Positions 26,494-36,668 of a stretch of 64,000 bases of DNA are shown here, one piece after another (the first letter of the stretch is position 1; each line of letters begins with the position of its first letter). This DNA is from Chloroflexota bacterium (GTDB taxonomy: Bacteria > Chloroflexota > Limnocylindria > P2-11E). Both the position numbers and the translations under genes were made by a program. Location of the stretch: assembly GCA_038040265.1 (NCBI GenBank), contig JBBPIP010000006.1, positions 5,423 to 69,422 of the forward strand, read 5' to 3'. Below the pieces are notes generated by a model. The model had not been told where the DNA came from. It saw nothing but the letters and a program-made list of their open reading frames with translations, and did not search any database.

Positions 26494-27704
26494 CCTCGTT
26501 CGCGACGCACCTCGAATGCTCCCGATGCCAGGAAGACTTTCCCGTCGACCAGATCCAGCAGGTCTGCAAATCCGATGGCGGTCCGCTCCTCGTGCGGTAC
26601 GACCTTCGCCGTGTGCGCGATTCGCTGACTCGAGATGCGCTCCGCGATCGTCCGGAGACGCTGTGGCGCTACCGCGAGCTTCTGCCGCACGACGATCCGG
26701 CCCATGCCGTGAGCCTCGGCGAGACGATCACTCCGCTGCTCGAGACGCCGTCGCTCGGCGAGGAGATCGGCATCTCGAAGCTTCGCGTGAAGGACGAAGG
26801 CCTGCTTCCCACCGGAACATTCAAGGCGCGCGGCGCCGCCGTCGGTGTGACGCGAGCGGCGGAGCTGGGTGTCAAAACGCTCGCGTTGCCGACCGCAGGG
26901 AACGCCGGCGCGGCGTGGGCCGCGTACGGCGCGCGTGCGGGGATCCGCGTCGTCGTCGTAATGCCCGAGACGACGCCCGACGTGATCATCCGCGAGACGT
27001 CGGCGTACGGCGCGGACGTCTACCTCGTCATCGGATCGATCGCCGACGCGGGCGCCGTCGTGAAGCGGGTCTGCGCCGATCGCGGCTGGTACGACGCGTC
27101 GACCCTCCGCGAGCCATATCGCATCGAGGGCAAGAAAACGATGGGGTTCGAGCTCGCGGAGCAGCTCGGATGGCGCGTGCCCGACGTGATCGTCTATCCG
27201 ACGGGTGGCGGCGTCGGTCTCATCGGCATGTGGAAGGCCTTCGACGAGCTCCGCACCATCGGCTGGCTCGACAGGAAGCAGCCGCGGTTCGTCGTGGTGC
27301 AGGCCGATGGTTGCGCGCCCATCGTGAAGGCGTTCGTCGATGGACGGCCGGAGTCCGAGCCCTGGCCCGAGCCGCGCACATTCGCCGCGGGAATCCGCGT
27401 TCCGAAGGCGCTCGGCGACTTCATAGTGCTCAAAGCCCTCCGGGAGAGCGGTGGAACCGCGGTCGCGGTCTCAGAAACGGAGATCGCCGAATCGATGCGT
27501 TTCCCTGGAGAGGCTGAAGGGATGCTCGTCTGTCCCGAAGGCGGTGCGGCAATCGCGGGCACGGCGAAGCTGCGCCGCGATGGTTGGATCCGGGAGAACG
27601 AAGAGGTCGTCATCTTCAACACCGGCACCGGTCTCAAGTACGCCGAATTCCTTCAGGGCGATAAACCGCGGCGTCTCGAACCGAACGAGCTCCCGAATGA
27701 ATAG
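26490..27704 (+). CDS. thrC: Threonine synthase
   Basis: N-terminal Cys motif, WRY.ELLP, PTGTFKARG (PLP Lys), TAGNAG, EGKKT, NTGTGLKY. Confidence 0.88.
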   Translation: MTSFATHLECSRCQEDFPVDQIQQVCKSDGGPLLVRYDLRRVRDSLTRDALRDRPETLWRYRELLPHDDPAHAVSLGETITPLLETPSLGEEIGISKLRVKDEGLLPTGTFKARGAAVGVTRAAELGVKTLALPTAGNAGAAWAAYGARAGIRVVVVMPETTPDVIIRETSAYGADVYLVIGSIADAGAVVKRVCADRGWYDASTLREPYRIEGKKTMGFELAEQLGWRVPDVIVYPTGGGVGLIGMWKAFDELRTIGWLDRKQPRFVVVQADGCAPIVKAFVDGRPESEPWPEPRTFAAGIRVPKALGDFIVLKALRESGGTAVAVSETEIAESMRFPGEAEGMLVCPEGGAAIAGTAKLRRDGWIRENEEVVIFNTGTGLKYAEFLQGDKPRRLEPNELPNE

Positions 27705-28191
27705 ACGCTCGCCGGCCGCGGCGCCATCACGCCGCGGTGTCCTTGGCGGCGCCGTCCTTCTCGCGGTCGGCGCTGCCTTCTTCCTCCCGCCGCTCGGGGT
27801 TCCAAATGCCGGCGCGTACCTTTTCGTTGCACTCGGCATTGCGTTCGCGGCGGCCTGGTGGCGCGGCTCGAGGCCTTACGTCTACCTCGTGCCGGCGTGC
27901 GTGCTCATCGGATTCGGCCTGGGCCTCGTGATCCCCGCCTTGTTCGGTCTTCCGCCCGACAGCGCCGGCCCGGTGTTCCTTGGAACGCTCGCGGCGGGTC
28001 TTGTCGCGGTTTTCCTTCTGGCTCCACAGCGGCGCGCGCCGCTCATCGTTGCCGGGGTCCTCATGGTGGTGGCCCTCGCGGATCTCGTCCTGCAGATCGC
28101 TCTTGTGCCCATCGCGCTGCAGCCGTACTTCGTGCCGGTGATCCTGATCGTCGTCGGGCTCTACCTTCTCGTGGAACCGCGAGGGACCTAG
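27697..28191 (+). CDS. Hypothetical integral membrane protein
   Basis: About 6 hydrophobic helices; coupled to thrC. Confidence 0.72.
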   Translation: MNRRSPAAAPSRRGVLGGAVLLAVGAAFFLPPLGVPNAGAYLFVALGIAFAAAWWRGSRPYVYLVPACVLIGFGLGLVIPALFGLPPDSAGPVFLGTLAAGLVAVFLLAPQRRAPLIVAGVLMVVALADLVLQIALVPIALQPYFVPVILIVVGLYLLVEPRGT

Positions 28192-28211
28192 CCGCGGCAT
28201 AGCATCAGCGG

Positions 28212-29591
28212 GTGCAGAGTGGGATCGCCCCGGACATCCTCGGGCTCGTCGGGCACACGCCGCTCGTCCGACTCTCTCGCATAGGCAAAGGGCTGCGGCC
28301 CGCGATCGTCGCGAAGCTCGAGCATCTGAACCCGGGCGGTTCGATCAAAGACCGCATCGGCCTGGTCATGATCGAAGACGCGGAGCGCCGCGGCCTCCTC
28401 CGGCCGGGCGGAACGATCGTCGAACCGACCAGTGGGAACACCGGCGTCGCACTCGCGATGGCCGCCGCGATCAAGGGATACCGGCTCATCTGCACCATGG
28501 CGGACAAGCAGAGCCAGGAGAAGCGCGATCTTCTGCGCGCGTACGGCGCCGAGGTCGTGATCTGCCCGAGCGCGGTGCCGCCGGAGTCGCCGGAGTCCTA
28601 TTACAAGGTCGCCGACCGCCTCACGCGCGACATCCCGGGCGCGTTCCAGCCGAACCAGTACTACAACGCGATGAATCCCGAGGCGCACTACAAGACCACC
28701 GGCCCCGAGATTTGGGAGCAGACCGAAGGACGGATCACGCATCTCGTGGCGGGGGTAGGCACAGGAGGAACCGTTACTGGAGCGGGGCGGTTTCTCAAGG
28801 AACAAAAGAAAGCCATCGTCATCGTCGGCGCCGATCCCGAAGGATCGCTCTACACGGGCGACATCCATCCGTACAAGACCGAGGGCATCGGCGAGGATTT
28901 CTATCCGGGGACGTTCGATCCGGCGATGGTCGACCGGTGGGTGCGGGTCTCCGACCGCGACGCTTTCCTCACCGCGCGCCGTCTCACGCGCGAGGAGGGC
29001 ATCCTCGTTGGTGGCTCATCCGGGACCGCCATGTTCGCCGCCCTCCAGATCGCGAAGGACCTGGATGAGAAGGCATTCGTCCTCGTGCTCCTCGCGGACT
29101 CGGGTCGGAGCTATCTCTCGAAGATCTTCAACGACGAATGGATGCGTCAGAACGGGTTCCTCGGCGGCCTGATCCCGGCGAACGTCGGCGACGTGATGAA
29201 GGACCGTGGCGGCACCCCGGAGCTCATCGTCGTCTCGAAGACGGAAACGGTCCGGCGCGCAATCGACACGATGCAGCGTTACGGCATCTCGCAGATCCCA
29301 GTGACCGCCGACGGCGCTGCCGGCGCGGTGAGCGACATCGTCGGAAGTGTTTCGGAGAAGACGATGCTCGATCGGGTCTTCCGCGAGCCCGCGCTCGTGG
29401 ACGAGCGCGTCGAGCGCGTGATGGACCCGCCGTTCCCGGTGGTGCAGGCGACCGACGACATCGAACGTCTCTACCAGGAGCTCTCGGGAGGCGCGCCGGC
29501 GCTCCTCGCGGCGCGTGACGACCGGCCGGTGTCGGTCATCACGAAGGCTGACCTGCTCGAGTTCGTCGCGCACCAGAGAAAGCGTGCCTAG
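28212..29591 (+). CDS. cbs: Cystathionine beta-synthase with C-terminal CBS domains
   Basis: NPGGSIKDR, EPTSGNTG, GVGTGGT, EGIG, YLSKIFNDEWM, plus CBS pair. Confidence 0.93.
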   Translation: MQSGIAPDILGLVGHTPLVRLSRIGKGLRPAIVAKLEHLNPGGSIKDRIGLVMIEDAERRGLLRPGGTIVEPTSGNTGVALAMAAAIKGYRLICTMADKQSQEKRDLLRAYGAEVVICPSAVPPESPESYYKVADRLTRDIPGAFQPNQYYNAMNPEAHYKTTGPEIWEQTEGRITHLVAGVGTGGTVTGAGRFLKEQKKAIVIVGADPEGSLYTGDIHPYKTEGIGEDFYPGTFDPAMVDRWVRVSDRDAFLTARRLTREEGILVGGSSGTAMFAALQIAKDLDEKAFVLVLLADSGRSYLSKIFNDEWMRQNGFLGGLIPANVGDVMKDRGGTPELIVVSKTETVRRAIDTMQRYGISQIPVTADGAAGAVSDIVGSVSEKTMLDRVFREPALVDERVERVMDPPFPVVQATDDIERLYQELSGGAPALLAARDDRPVSVITKADLLEFVAHQRKRA

Positions 29592-30463
29592 CCAGCGCCG
29601 GGCCTTCGTGCACCCCAGGTCCATCGTTCGTTCGCGGATAGCGATTCGCCGGGCTTGAGCGTGCGCAAGCCCGTCTGAGCGACGCCGCGCGCGTGCAGCA
29701 ACGGCGCGTTCGGCCACATCGTCTGCGGCTCGACGCAGATTCCCTCAACCGGTGTGTGGACGACCACCGTCCCGAGGTCCCGCCCGTACTGGATCTCGAG
29801 CTCAAGATCGGGCCACCGCAGCTTCGCCGGCCCTTTCGCTCCGATATAGACGTGATCGAGGCGGCGCTCGCCGAGCGCCGGTCCCGCGCGCAGATCCTCG
29901 CTTGGGCTCACCGGCCGAACCTCGCCGGTCGGGACCTGATCGGCGTCGAGCACGAGAACCTCTGAAGCATCGAGGCGAAGCTCGACGTCTCCTGTTCGCG
30001 GCCGCGTGAACCATGGGTGCCACCCGAGCCCCGCCGGGCCCGCGCGGGTGTACCCACCGACCTCGAGCTTGAGATGGAGGCTCGTCCGGTTCAGCGTGAC
30101 GATGTACTGGGCCGAACCGCCGAACGGCCAGCCCAGGCCGCGCAGCTCGCACGAAACGATCGCCTCGGTGTTGCTCGTCTCGATGACGTCCCACCGCTTG
30201 TCGAACCCAAGACCGTGGATCGCCGAGGGTGGAAGATTCTCTTGGAGGCGAACCTCGCCTTCGGGCGTCGGGACGCGACCACCCGCAATGCGGCCCGCCC
30301 ACGGCACCATCGGATAGCAGCCCCAATAGAGCGCGGGCTCGCTCGCGCGAGCACTCGCCTTCTGCAGGAGCCGCTCGACGCCACCGATGGCGAGCGAGAC
30401 GATCCTGCCGCCGTCCGCTGGATCGATGCGAGCGAGAACATCGCCCGAGCGGAGGTCGATCAG
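29588..30463 (-). CDS. Aldose 1-epimerase family protein
   Basis: MVPWAGRI, AIHG, GWHPWF, LDHVY, ICVEPQT; likely CTG start overlapping the xylB TGA. Confidence 0.85.
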   Translation of the reverse strand: MIDLRSGDVLARIDPADGGRIVSLAIGGVERLLQKASARASEPALYWGCYPMVPWAGRIAGGRVPTPEGEVRLQENLPPSAIHGLGFDKRWDVIETSNTEAIVSCELRGLGWPFGGSAQYIVTLNRTSLHLKLEVGGYTRAGPAGLGWHPWFTRPRTGDVELRLDASEVLVLDADQVPTGEVRPVSPSEDLRAGPALGERRLDHVYIGAKGPAKLRWPDLELEIQYGRDLGTVVVHTPVEGICVEPQTMWPNAPLLHARGVAQTGLRTLKPGESLSANERWTWGARRPGAG

Positions 30464-31896
30464 GGGCCGCGTTCCCGGAGCACGGCCATGCGCTCCGCCG
30501 CGGCGCGCAGCTCGGGTCGAGGCCGCGGTTCGAAGCGTCGCGACACGGTCGGTGCAAGCGCGGGCCGCTTTCCTTCGACGGCCCACTGCGCCTGCATTGC
30601 GGCGCCGGACGCCGCTGCCTCAACGATCGCCGGACGTACGACGGGTAGCTCGAAGACATCCGCGCACAGCTGCGCCCAGGCGTGCGACGCCGAGCCTCCG
30701 CCTACGAGCGTCACCTCGCTCGGCGTGACGCCCGCTCGCCGCAACGCGTCCATGGCGTACGAGAGCCCGAAGGTCACGCCTTCGACGACGGCGTGAACGA
30801 TCGCCTCGCGCCCGTGACTCTGCCGAAGGCCGACGAACACGCCGGCCGCCGCAGGTCGGTTCGGCGTGCGCTCGCCGGCGAGGTAGGGAAGGAATGCCAG
30901 CCCGGCTGCGCCATCCGTCGCGATGGCCGCGTCGACGTTCGCGTGGTCCACCGCGAACAGGTCGCGCACCCACTCCGTCGCGCTCGTGCAGTTCAGGGTC
31001 GCCGCGAGTGGAAGCCAGCCGCCGGTCGAGTCACAGAAGGCTGCGGCCTCGCCGCGCGGATCCACCGCGGGCTCGGACCGATAGGCGAAAACCGTCCCGG
31101 ACGTACCAAGACTCACGGCGACGGGACCCTCGGACGCGACGCCGCAGCCGATCGCCGCGCACATGTTGTCCCCTCCACCGGCGCTCACCGGAATGCCTGT
31201 CGCGAGCCCGAGAGCCTCGGCGGCCTCTCGGCGCAGCGCGCCCACGACGCTCAGCGACTGCGCGATCGGAGGAAGCGTGCGTTTCCAGTCGCGCGCCTCA
31301 TCGATGGCGGCGAGCACCGCGTCGCTGTATCCGCGCGTGCGGACATCGAAGTACGCGGTGCCCGACGCATCGCCGAACTCGGTGACGAACTCTCCCGTCA
31401 GCCAGAGATTCAAATAGTCGTGGGGCAGGCACATGCGCACGGTGCGCGTGTATGCGTGCGGCTCGTGTGCGGCCAGCCACGCGATCTTGGGCGCGGTGTA
31501 ACCAGGGAACAGGAGGTTTCCGGTGAGCTCGAGGACGCGCGCCTCGCCGCCGAGCTTCCGCGTCAGCTCGGCCGATTCGGGAGCGGTCGTCGTGTCGTTC
31601 CAGAGCTTCGCCGGTCGCACCGGCTGATCGCGGCGGTCCAGGCACACCAGACCGTGCTGCTGTCCCGACACGCCGATCCCCGCGATATCGAAGTGCTCGC
31701 CGCGTACCGCACTCGCGACGGCAATGCGCAGCGCCTCGATCCATGACGCGGGGTCCTGCTCGCGCGTGCCATCGTCCCGTTCTGTTAGCGCATGTGGCGC
31801 GCGACCAACGGCGAGGACCTGACCGGTATCCGGATCGCGAAGAACGACCTTGGTCGATTGGGTACCGCAGTCCACGCCCAGAAAGACGCGTCGCAT
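30460..31896 (-). CDS. xylB: Xylulokinase
   Basis: LGVDCGTQSTK, SGQQHGLV, KLWND, GGGDN, SLGTSG, PYLAGERTP. Confidence 0.93.
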   Translation of the reverse strand: MRRVFLGVDCGTQSTKVVLRDPDTGQVLAVGRAPHALTERDDGTREQDPASWIEALRIAVASAVRGEHFDIAGIGVSGQQHGLVCLDRRDQPVRPAKLWNDTTTAPESAELTRKLGGEARVLELTGNLLFPGYTAPKIAWLAAHEPHAYTRTVRMCLPHDYLNLWLTGEFVTEFGDASGTAYFDVRTRGYSDAVLAAIDEARDWKRTLPPIAQSLSVVGALRREAAEALGLATGIPVSAGGGDNMCAAIGCGVASEGPVAVSLGTSGTVFAYRSEPAVDPRGEAAAFCDSTGGWLPLAATLNCTSATEWVRDLFAVDHANVDAAIATDGAAGLAFLPYLAGERTPNRPAAAGVFVGLRQSHGREAIVHAVVEGVTFGLSYAMDALRRAGVTPSEVTLVGGGSASHAWAQLCADVFELPVVRPAIVEAAASGAAMQAQWAVEGKRPALAPTVSRRFEPRPRPELRAAAERMAVLRERGP

Positions 31897-31906
31897 TCGT
31901 TAGCCG

Positions 31907-33745
31907 CTAACGCCCAGCGTAATAGCGCTGCGCGAGGGCCCACGCGTCCTTTCCGCAGGTCGCGCCGACGATGCGGCCGGTGAAGTCGTCGGCCTGAACG
32001 TGGATCCCGCCGTAGAGGCGCGACTGGCCGGCCTGATCGGCCGCGTCGTAGTAGGTCGCCCACTGAAGCCTGACCACCGCGCTTGGGCCTGCCTCGATGC
32101 GGAAGGACCCGGGCTTGACCGTCGACTCGGAGAGCCCGCCGGGGAAGTACTCGCTACCCGTGATCCCCGTGAGCACCTCGGCGGCCGCGCGGCTGAAGGT
32201 GCTGTGGCCAGACACGTACCCCTGGAACGATGGCGTCACAAATGTCGGCAGCTGGAAGGGAATCCACGCGGTGCCGAGGATCCACGTCACCGGCGAGGTC
32301 TGTGTCTTGGGATCGGCGGGATTGCCCTGCCATGCGCGCACCGCGATCTCGCCCTCGTGACCTGCAAGCGCCGCCATTGGCGCGCCCGACGCGGTCGCCT
32401 CTTTTGTGATGAGCTCGATGAGCCCGGGCACGAGCGACAGCTGCCCGATGCTCGCCATGTAGCGGATCATCGAGATGGGCCGGACCCCGTCGTAGCGGCC
32501 CTTGAGACCCCACGCCGCGATCGCCGCGTCGTGCACGCCTCCGTTGAGAGCGAGATAGAGCTTCACATCCCATTGCAGTCGATCGACGGCCCGGCCGTTC
32601 CCGCCGATACGCAAGTTCGGTGCAAGTTCGTCGGAGACGTCGTTGGCGATGACATTCCAGTGACCCGGCGGCGTCTCGGATGCCGGGCCATCGGCCCAGA
32701 ACTCGACGACGGCGCGGTAGTAATCACCCGCGCGGACGACGTCCGACGCGTACGGCGTCCTCGTCACCGGATTCTGAGAAAGACCGCGCCCATCGTTCGA
32801 ACCGAGAGCGTTGCCGCCGACCCAGGCGGGTGAGACATCGAGTAACGCATTGTTCGACGCGTCGAGGAGAGCGCTGTCGCGAATGACCTCGACAGCTTGA
32901 GCGCGGTACACAGAGTCAGTAGCGGGGTCGCCGAATCGCGGCTGCGGACCGGGGTCGAACGGCGTGCCGGACGCGCCGCCGGCAGGAATCGCGAACGGCG
33001 TCACGTGACCCCAGTGCGGCGCGACGGCCTGCTGAACGCCGTTCGTGATCAGGATCCCGTTCTGGCTGACCATGCGCTCGATCTGCAGGGGCTGCCACCG
33101 GTTCGGGTCGACCAATGTGATGCCAGCCTTGGCGACCACAAGGGGAGGGTTGACCGGCGTGTAGTCCGGAGCCGCGTACCCGTTGACCTCGTTCGCGCCG
33201 TCGGTCTTCGCGTAATCGAGAACCGTCCTGGCGATGCGGTTCCCGATCGCCGCGGGCGAGTCGCCGTCGGCCCGCGTGGTGGAGATGGGGAAACACAGCG
33301 CGTCCATGAGGTCGTCGAATTCGGACAACGACTTGTCGGCCCCGACGGCCTTGATGAAGCGAGCCGACAAGATGCGGTACGCGGCGTAGCTGATCGCCTC
33401 ATTGCGGGCGGCGGGGATATCGGGTGCAGCGACCTTCTCTTTGTAGACGTAGCCCGAAGCCGTCGCGTCGTACGCGGCCCAGGCATCCCACATCGCGACG
33501 GAAACGTGGAAGAGGTTTCGCGCGTGCACGGGCGGATTCGGCAGGGAGCGTCGGATCGCGTCGAGCAGCGCCTCATCCCAGCGGCGGGCGACGGACCAAC
33601 CCGGGTGCTCCGCGACCTTTGGGCAGGACGGCCGCTCCCACGGTCGCGTCACCGCGAGCACCGCCCCGACGACCACGACAGCGCCGGCGAGAGCCGCCAC
33701 GCCGAGACGGAGTCGCGCACGCGTGTCCATCCGAATGCTGTTCAC
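31907..33745 (-). CDS. Vanadium-dependent haloperoxidase (PAP2 superfamily), N-terminally anchored
   Basis: K-x6-RP (WGLKGRYDGVRP), GYVSGHSTFS and SRLYGGIH vanadate motifs; WADGP.SETPPGHW. Confidence 0.85.
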   Translation of the reverse strand: MNSIRMDTRARLRLGVAALAGAVVVVGAVLAVTRPWERPSCPKVAEHPGWSVARRWDEALLDAIRRSLPNPPVHARNLFHVSVAMWDAWAAYDATASGYVYKEKVAAPDIPAARNEAISYAAYRILSARFIKAVGADKSLSEFDDLMDALCFPISTTRADGDSPAAIGNRIARTVLDYAKTDGANEVNGYAAPDYTPVNPPLVVAKAGITLVDPNRWQPLQIERMVSQNGILITNGVQQAVAPHWGHVTPFAIPAGGASGTPFDPGPQPRFGDPATDSVYRAQAVEVIRDSALLDASNNALLDVSPAWVGGNALGSNDGRGLSQNPVTRTPYASDVVRAGDYYRAVVEFWADGPASETPPGHWNVIANDVSDELAPNLRIGGNGRAVDRLQWDVKLYLALNGGVHDAAIAAWGLKGRYDGVRPISMIRYMASIGQLSLVPGLIELITKEATASGAPMAALAGHEGEIAVRAWQGNPADPKTQTSPVTWILGTAWIPFQLPTFVTPSFQGYVSGHSTFSRAAAEVLTGITGSEYFPGGLSESTVKPGSFRIEAGPSAVVRLQWATYYDAADQAGQSRLYGGIHVQADDFTGRIVGATCGKDAWALAQRYYAGR

Positions 33746-33766
33746 CTTCCCCCGCGCAAATCTAGG

Positions 33767-35422
33767 TCAGCTTCCGCCCGGCGACCATGGCTTTGCCTCG
33801 CTGGCGCCCCGCGTCACGAACGCGAACTCGTTCGCGCTCAGAGGTAGCCACGGCCCAATCTCGCCGCCGGGCCACGACACCCGAACCTCGGCGCGCACCG
33901 CGTCACCCAGCCCGAAGTGAGTCCATCCAAGCTGGCCACCCGCGTGGCCGCCACCGAGGGTGAGCTCGCGTCGAAGGATCCGATCGCCCACGCGCACCTC
34001 GACCCACGCGCCGATCGCGCTCGCATTCGGTGCGGGTTGGGCGATATTCAGAGCGACCCAGTTGCCCATCGCGCGCGGTTGCGAGGCGCTACCGGTCCCG
34101 ACGTTCCGCCATAGGCGTACGGGCGCGCTGTAGTTCACCTCGATGAGGTCGAGCATCCCGTCGAGGTTGAAGTCTGCGAGGGCGGCTCCCCGTCCTCGGT
34201 CGAAGCTGACGATGCCCGCCGCCTCCGCGCCCTCGCGGAACGTGCCGTCGGCCAGTCCGAGAAGAAGATTGCTCGGGTCCTTGCGCGCGTAGTCGGCCTG
34301 GTCCGTCACGTTGCCCTTCGCGATGAAGAGGTCGACGAAACCATCGTTGTTCACATCTGCGAACTCGTCGTGCCATGCGGTGGATGGCCGGGCGTCGCCG
34401 CCGGTGAACGGCTGCGCCGCGTTGACGCCCCGCCTCAGCCCAATGTCGCGGTATCTCGGCTCTGTCGGTCCGGCCGCGAGCGTCTGCAGCTTGTTGTCGG
34501 CCTGGCTCGTGAGAAACACTTCGGGGTACCCGTCACCGGTGATGTCGTAGCTCGCGATCCCCATTCCCTGCACCTGCACCCTGACCCAGCCGTCCTCCGC
34601 CGTGTAGAGCGACGGCGGCTCGCCTGCCGCAACTCGCCAGAGCTGCTCCTCACCCTCGGTGGGCAGGTAGTAGTGCTGGTCGTTGCTCACACGAAGATCC
34701 ATGCGGCCGGAGCGGTTCCAGTCGCTGAACAGCATCGAGAGGGCACACCAGCTCGGCGTGAGCGGTAGCGGTCTTCCGTAGGTTGTCCCGGTCGATGCCG
34801 GCCGATGCAGCTCGTTGTCGAAGCACAGACGGTGCGGATCGGTGCTTGCCTCGTTCAGGTAGTTCCCGAACGCGAGCGTCGGCAGCGCCGATGCTCCCGC
34901 CCACGTGGCGCTGAAAGCCTTCGTGGCGGAGTTGCCGCCGTCAAAGCCCCACCTCTCGTTCGCGCGTTCGAAGCGGCAGCCGCCGAGCCCTCGAAGAAGC
35001 ACGTTCTCGCCGTTGCGGAGCACGACGAGGTCCGTGATCGCATCGCCGTCGATGTCGATGGGATACGCGCCGTTGACGTGCGCGAGATCCGTCGAGGGAT
35101 CCCGCAGCCGTGCGAACCGCATCGCGCCGCCGATGGGGCTGGCGTTCCGGTAGAGGGCCGCTTCGTTGCTTCCCCCTGCGACATACGCGTCGGCCTTCCC
35201 GTCGGCGTTGCAGTCGAAGACGGCAACCCCGCCTCCGACCGCGTGGTCGAAGCCGCCGTCGTACGTGTGGTCGATACCGGCGGTCGCGGTCTCCTCGACA
35301 AAATGAGGTGCGCCGCGGGCCACCATCGAGGTCGGCGGCGTGAGCAACCCGCTGATCGCTAACCCACCGACCACTGCGGCGGCGACACCCACGAGAGCCA
35401 CCACCGTCCGAGCAGTGTTCAC
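33767..35422 (-). CDS. CRTAC1 / ASPIC-UnbV family FG-GAP repeat protein
   Basis: Repeated D.N.DG..DL Ca-binding repeats; C-terminal AIGA.VEV...GGG..G....HFGLG...V.WP. Confidence 0.88.
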   Translation of the reverse strand: MNTARTVVALVGVAAAVVGGLAISGLLTPPTSMVARGAPHFVEETATAGIDHTYDGGFDHAVGGGVAVFDCNADGKADAYVAGGSNEAALYRNASPIGGAMRFARLRDPSTDLAHVNGAYPIDIDGDAITDLVVLRNGENVLLRGLGGCRFERANERWGFDGGNSATKAFSATWAGASALPTLAFGNYLNEASTDPHRLCFDNELHRPASTGTTYGRPLPLTPSWCALSMLFSDWNRSGRMDLRVSNDQHYYLPTEGEEQLWRVAAGEPPSLYTAEDGWVRVQVQGMGIASYDITGDGYPEVFLTSQADNKLQTLAAGPTEPRYRDIGLRRGVNAAQPFTGGDARPSTAWHDEFADVNNDGFVDLFIAKGNVTDQADYARKDPSNLLLGLADGTFREGAEAAGIVSFDRGRGAALADFNLDGMLDLIEVNYSAPVRLWRNVGTGSASQPRAMGNWVALNIAQPAPNASAIGAWVEVRVGDRILRRELTLGGGHAGGQLGWTHFGLGDAVRAEVRVSWPGGEIGPWLPLSANEFAFVTRGASEAKPWSPGGS

Positions 35423-35504
35423 CTGCCTGCTCGTATATCAGACAAGACGGTGATACCGTGACCGGCACGCACTTTTAACAGCCGTCTAGGGGAGGAAGTC
35501 GCTC

Positions 35505-36572
35505 ATGCGCAGTCGTTTCGCAGTACTCGCGGCGGGATTCATGGTTGTCGTCGCCGCATGCGGTGGAGGTAGCGGCGGTGCTGCCACAGGTTCGGCCGCG
35601 GCGGCGTGCACGGTCGGTGTCTCGTGGAACAACTACCAGGAAGAGCGTTGGGCCAAGTGGGACGAGCCTGCGATCAAAGCCGCGATCGCGGCGGGTGGCG
35701 GGAAGTACATCTCGAACGACGCTAAGTCGTCGGCTGAGACGCAGGCCAGCAACGTCGACAACCTGATCTCGCAAGGCGCGAAGGTTGTGATCATCCTCGC
35801 CCAGGACGGGACGGCCATTAAGCCGGCCGTCGCGAAGGCGACCCAGAGCAATGTCGCAGTGATCGCATACGACCGGCTCATCGAGGATCCGAAGGCGCTC
35901 TACATCACCTTCGATAACGTCCTCGTCGGCAAGCTCGAGGCTGAGGCCGTCTTCAAGGTCAAGCCCACGGGGAACTACGCGATCATCAAAGGCAACAAGG
36001 CCGACGCGAACGCGGACTTCCTCCGCGCCGGGATGGAGCAGGTCATCGGCGCCGCCGTGAAGGCAGGCACCATCAAGATCGTCGGCGAGACCTACACGGA
36101 CAACTGGGACCCGGCGAAAGCCCAGACCAACATGGAGCAGATTCTCACGGCGAACCAGGACAAGGTCGACGCGGTTCTCTCCGAAAACGACGGCATGGCC
36201 GGTGGCGTTATCGCCGCCCTCACTGCCCGGGGCCTAGCCGGCAAGGTACCGGTGTCCGGCCAGGACGGCGACAAGGCCGCACTCAACCGCGTGGCGCTCG
36301 GAACGCAGACGGTCGACGTCTGGAAGGACGCGCGCCAGCTCGGCAAGAGCGCGGGCGAGTCCGCGATGCAGCTCTGCAAGAACTCCGATCCGAGCAAGGT
36401 CACCGGGACCGCGAAGTTCACGACTCCCGGAAACAACAGCCTGAGCTCGATCCTTCTGACCCCGAACCCAATCACCAAGGACAACCTCAACCTCGTCCTC
36501 GACGCGGGCTGGGTCACAAAGGCTGATCTGTGCCAGGGGGTGCCCGCCGGAAGGGCTACCGTCTGCGGCTAA
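35505..36572 (+). CDS. xylF: D-xylose ABC transporter substrate-binding lipoprotein
   Basis: Lipobox VAAC; EERW..D, AYDRLI, FDN..VG, ENDGMAGG, VSGQDGD, DVWKD. Confidence 0.88.
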   Translation: MRSRFAVLAAGFMVVVAACGGGSGGAATGSAAAACTVGVSWNNYQEERWAKWDEPAIKAAIAAGGGKYISNDAKSSAETQASNVDNLISQGAKVVIILAQDGTAIKPAVAKATQSNVAVIAYDRLIEDPKALYITFDNVLVGKLEAEAVFKVKPTGNYAIIKGNKADANADFLRAGMEQVIGAAVKAGTIKIVGETYTDNWDPAKAQTNMEQILTANQDKVDAVLSENDGMAGGVIAALTARGLAGKVPVSGQDGDKAALNRVALGTQTVDVWKDARQLGKSAGESAMQLCKNSDPSKVTGTAKFTTPGNNSLSSILLTPNPITKDNLNLVLDAGWVTKADLCQGVPAGRATVCG

Positions 36573-36595
36573 CGCACTAGAGATTCATCCGATGA

Positions 36596-36631
36596 GGCGC
36601 CCTGTCCTTGCTGACGCAGGGCAGGGCGCTT
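36596..36631 (+). other. Intercistronic stem-loop after xylF (mRNA stabiliser/attenuator)
   Basis: GCGCCCTG pairs with CAGGGCGC, followed by TTCCTTCTTT. Confidence 0.5.
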
Positions 36632-36668
36632 CCTTCTTTCTGACATAACAAGTGGAGGCAGCGAGCTG

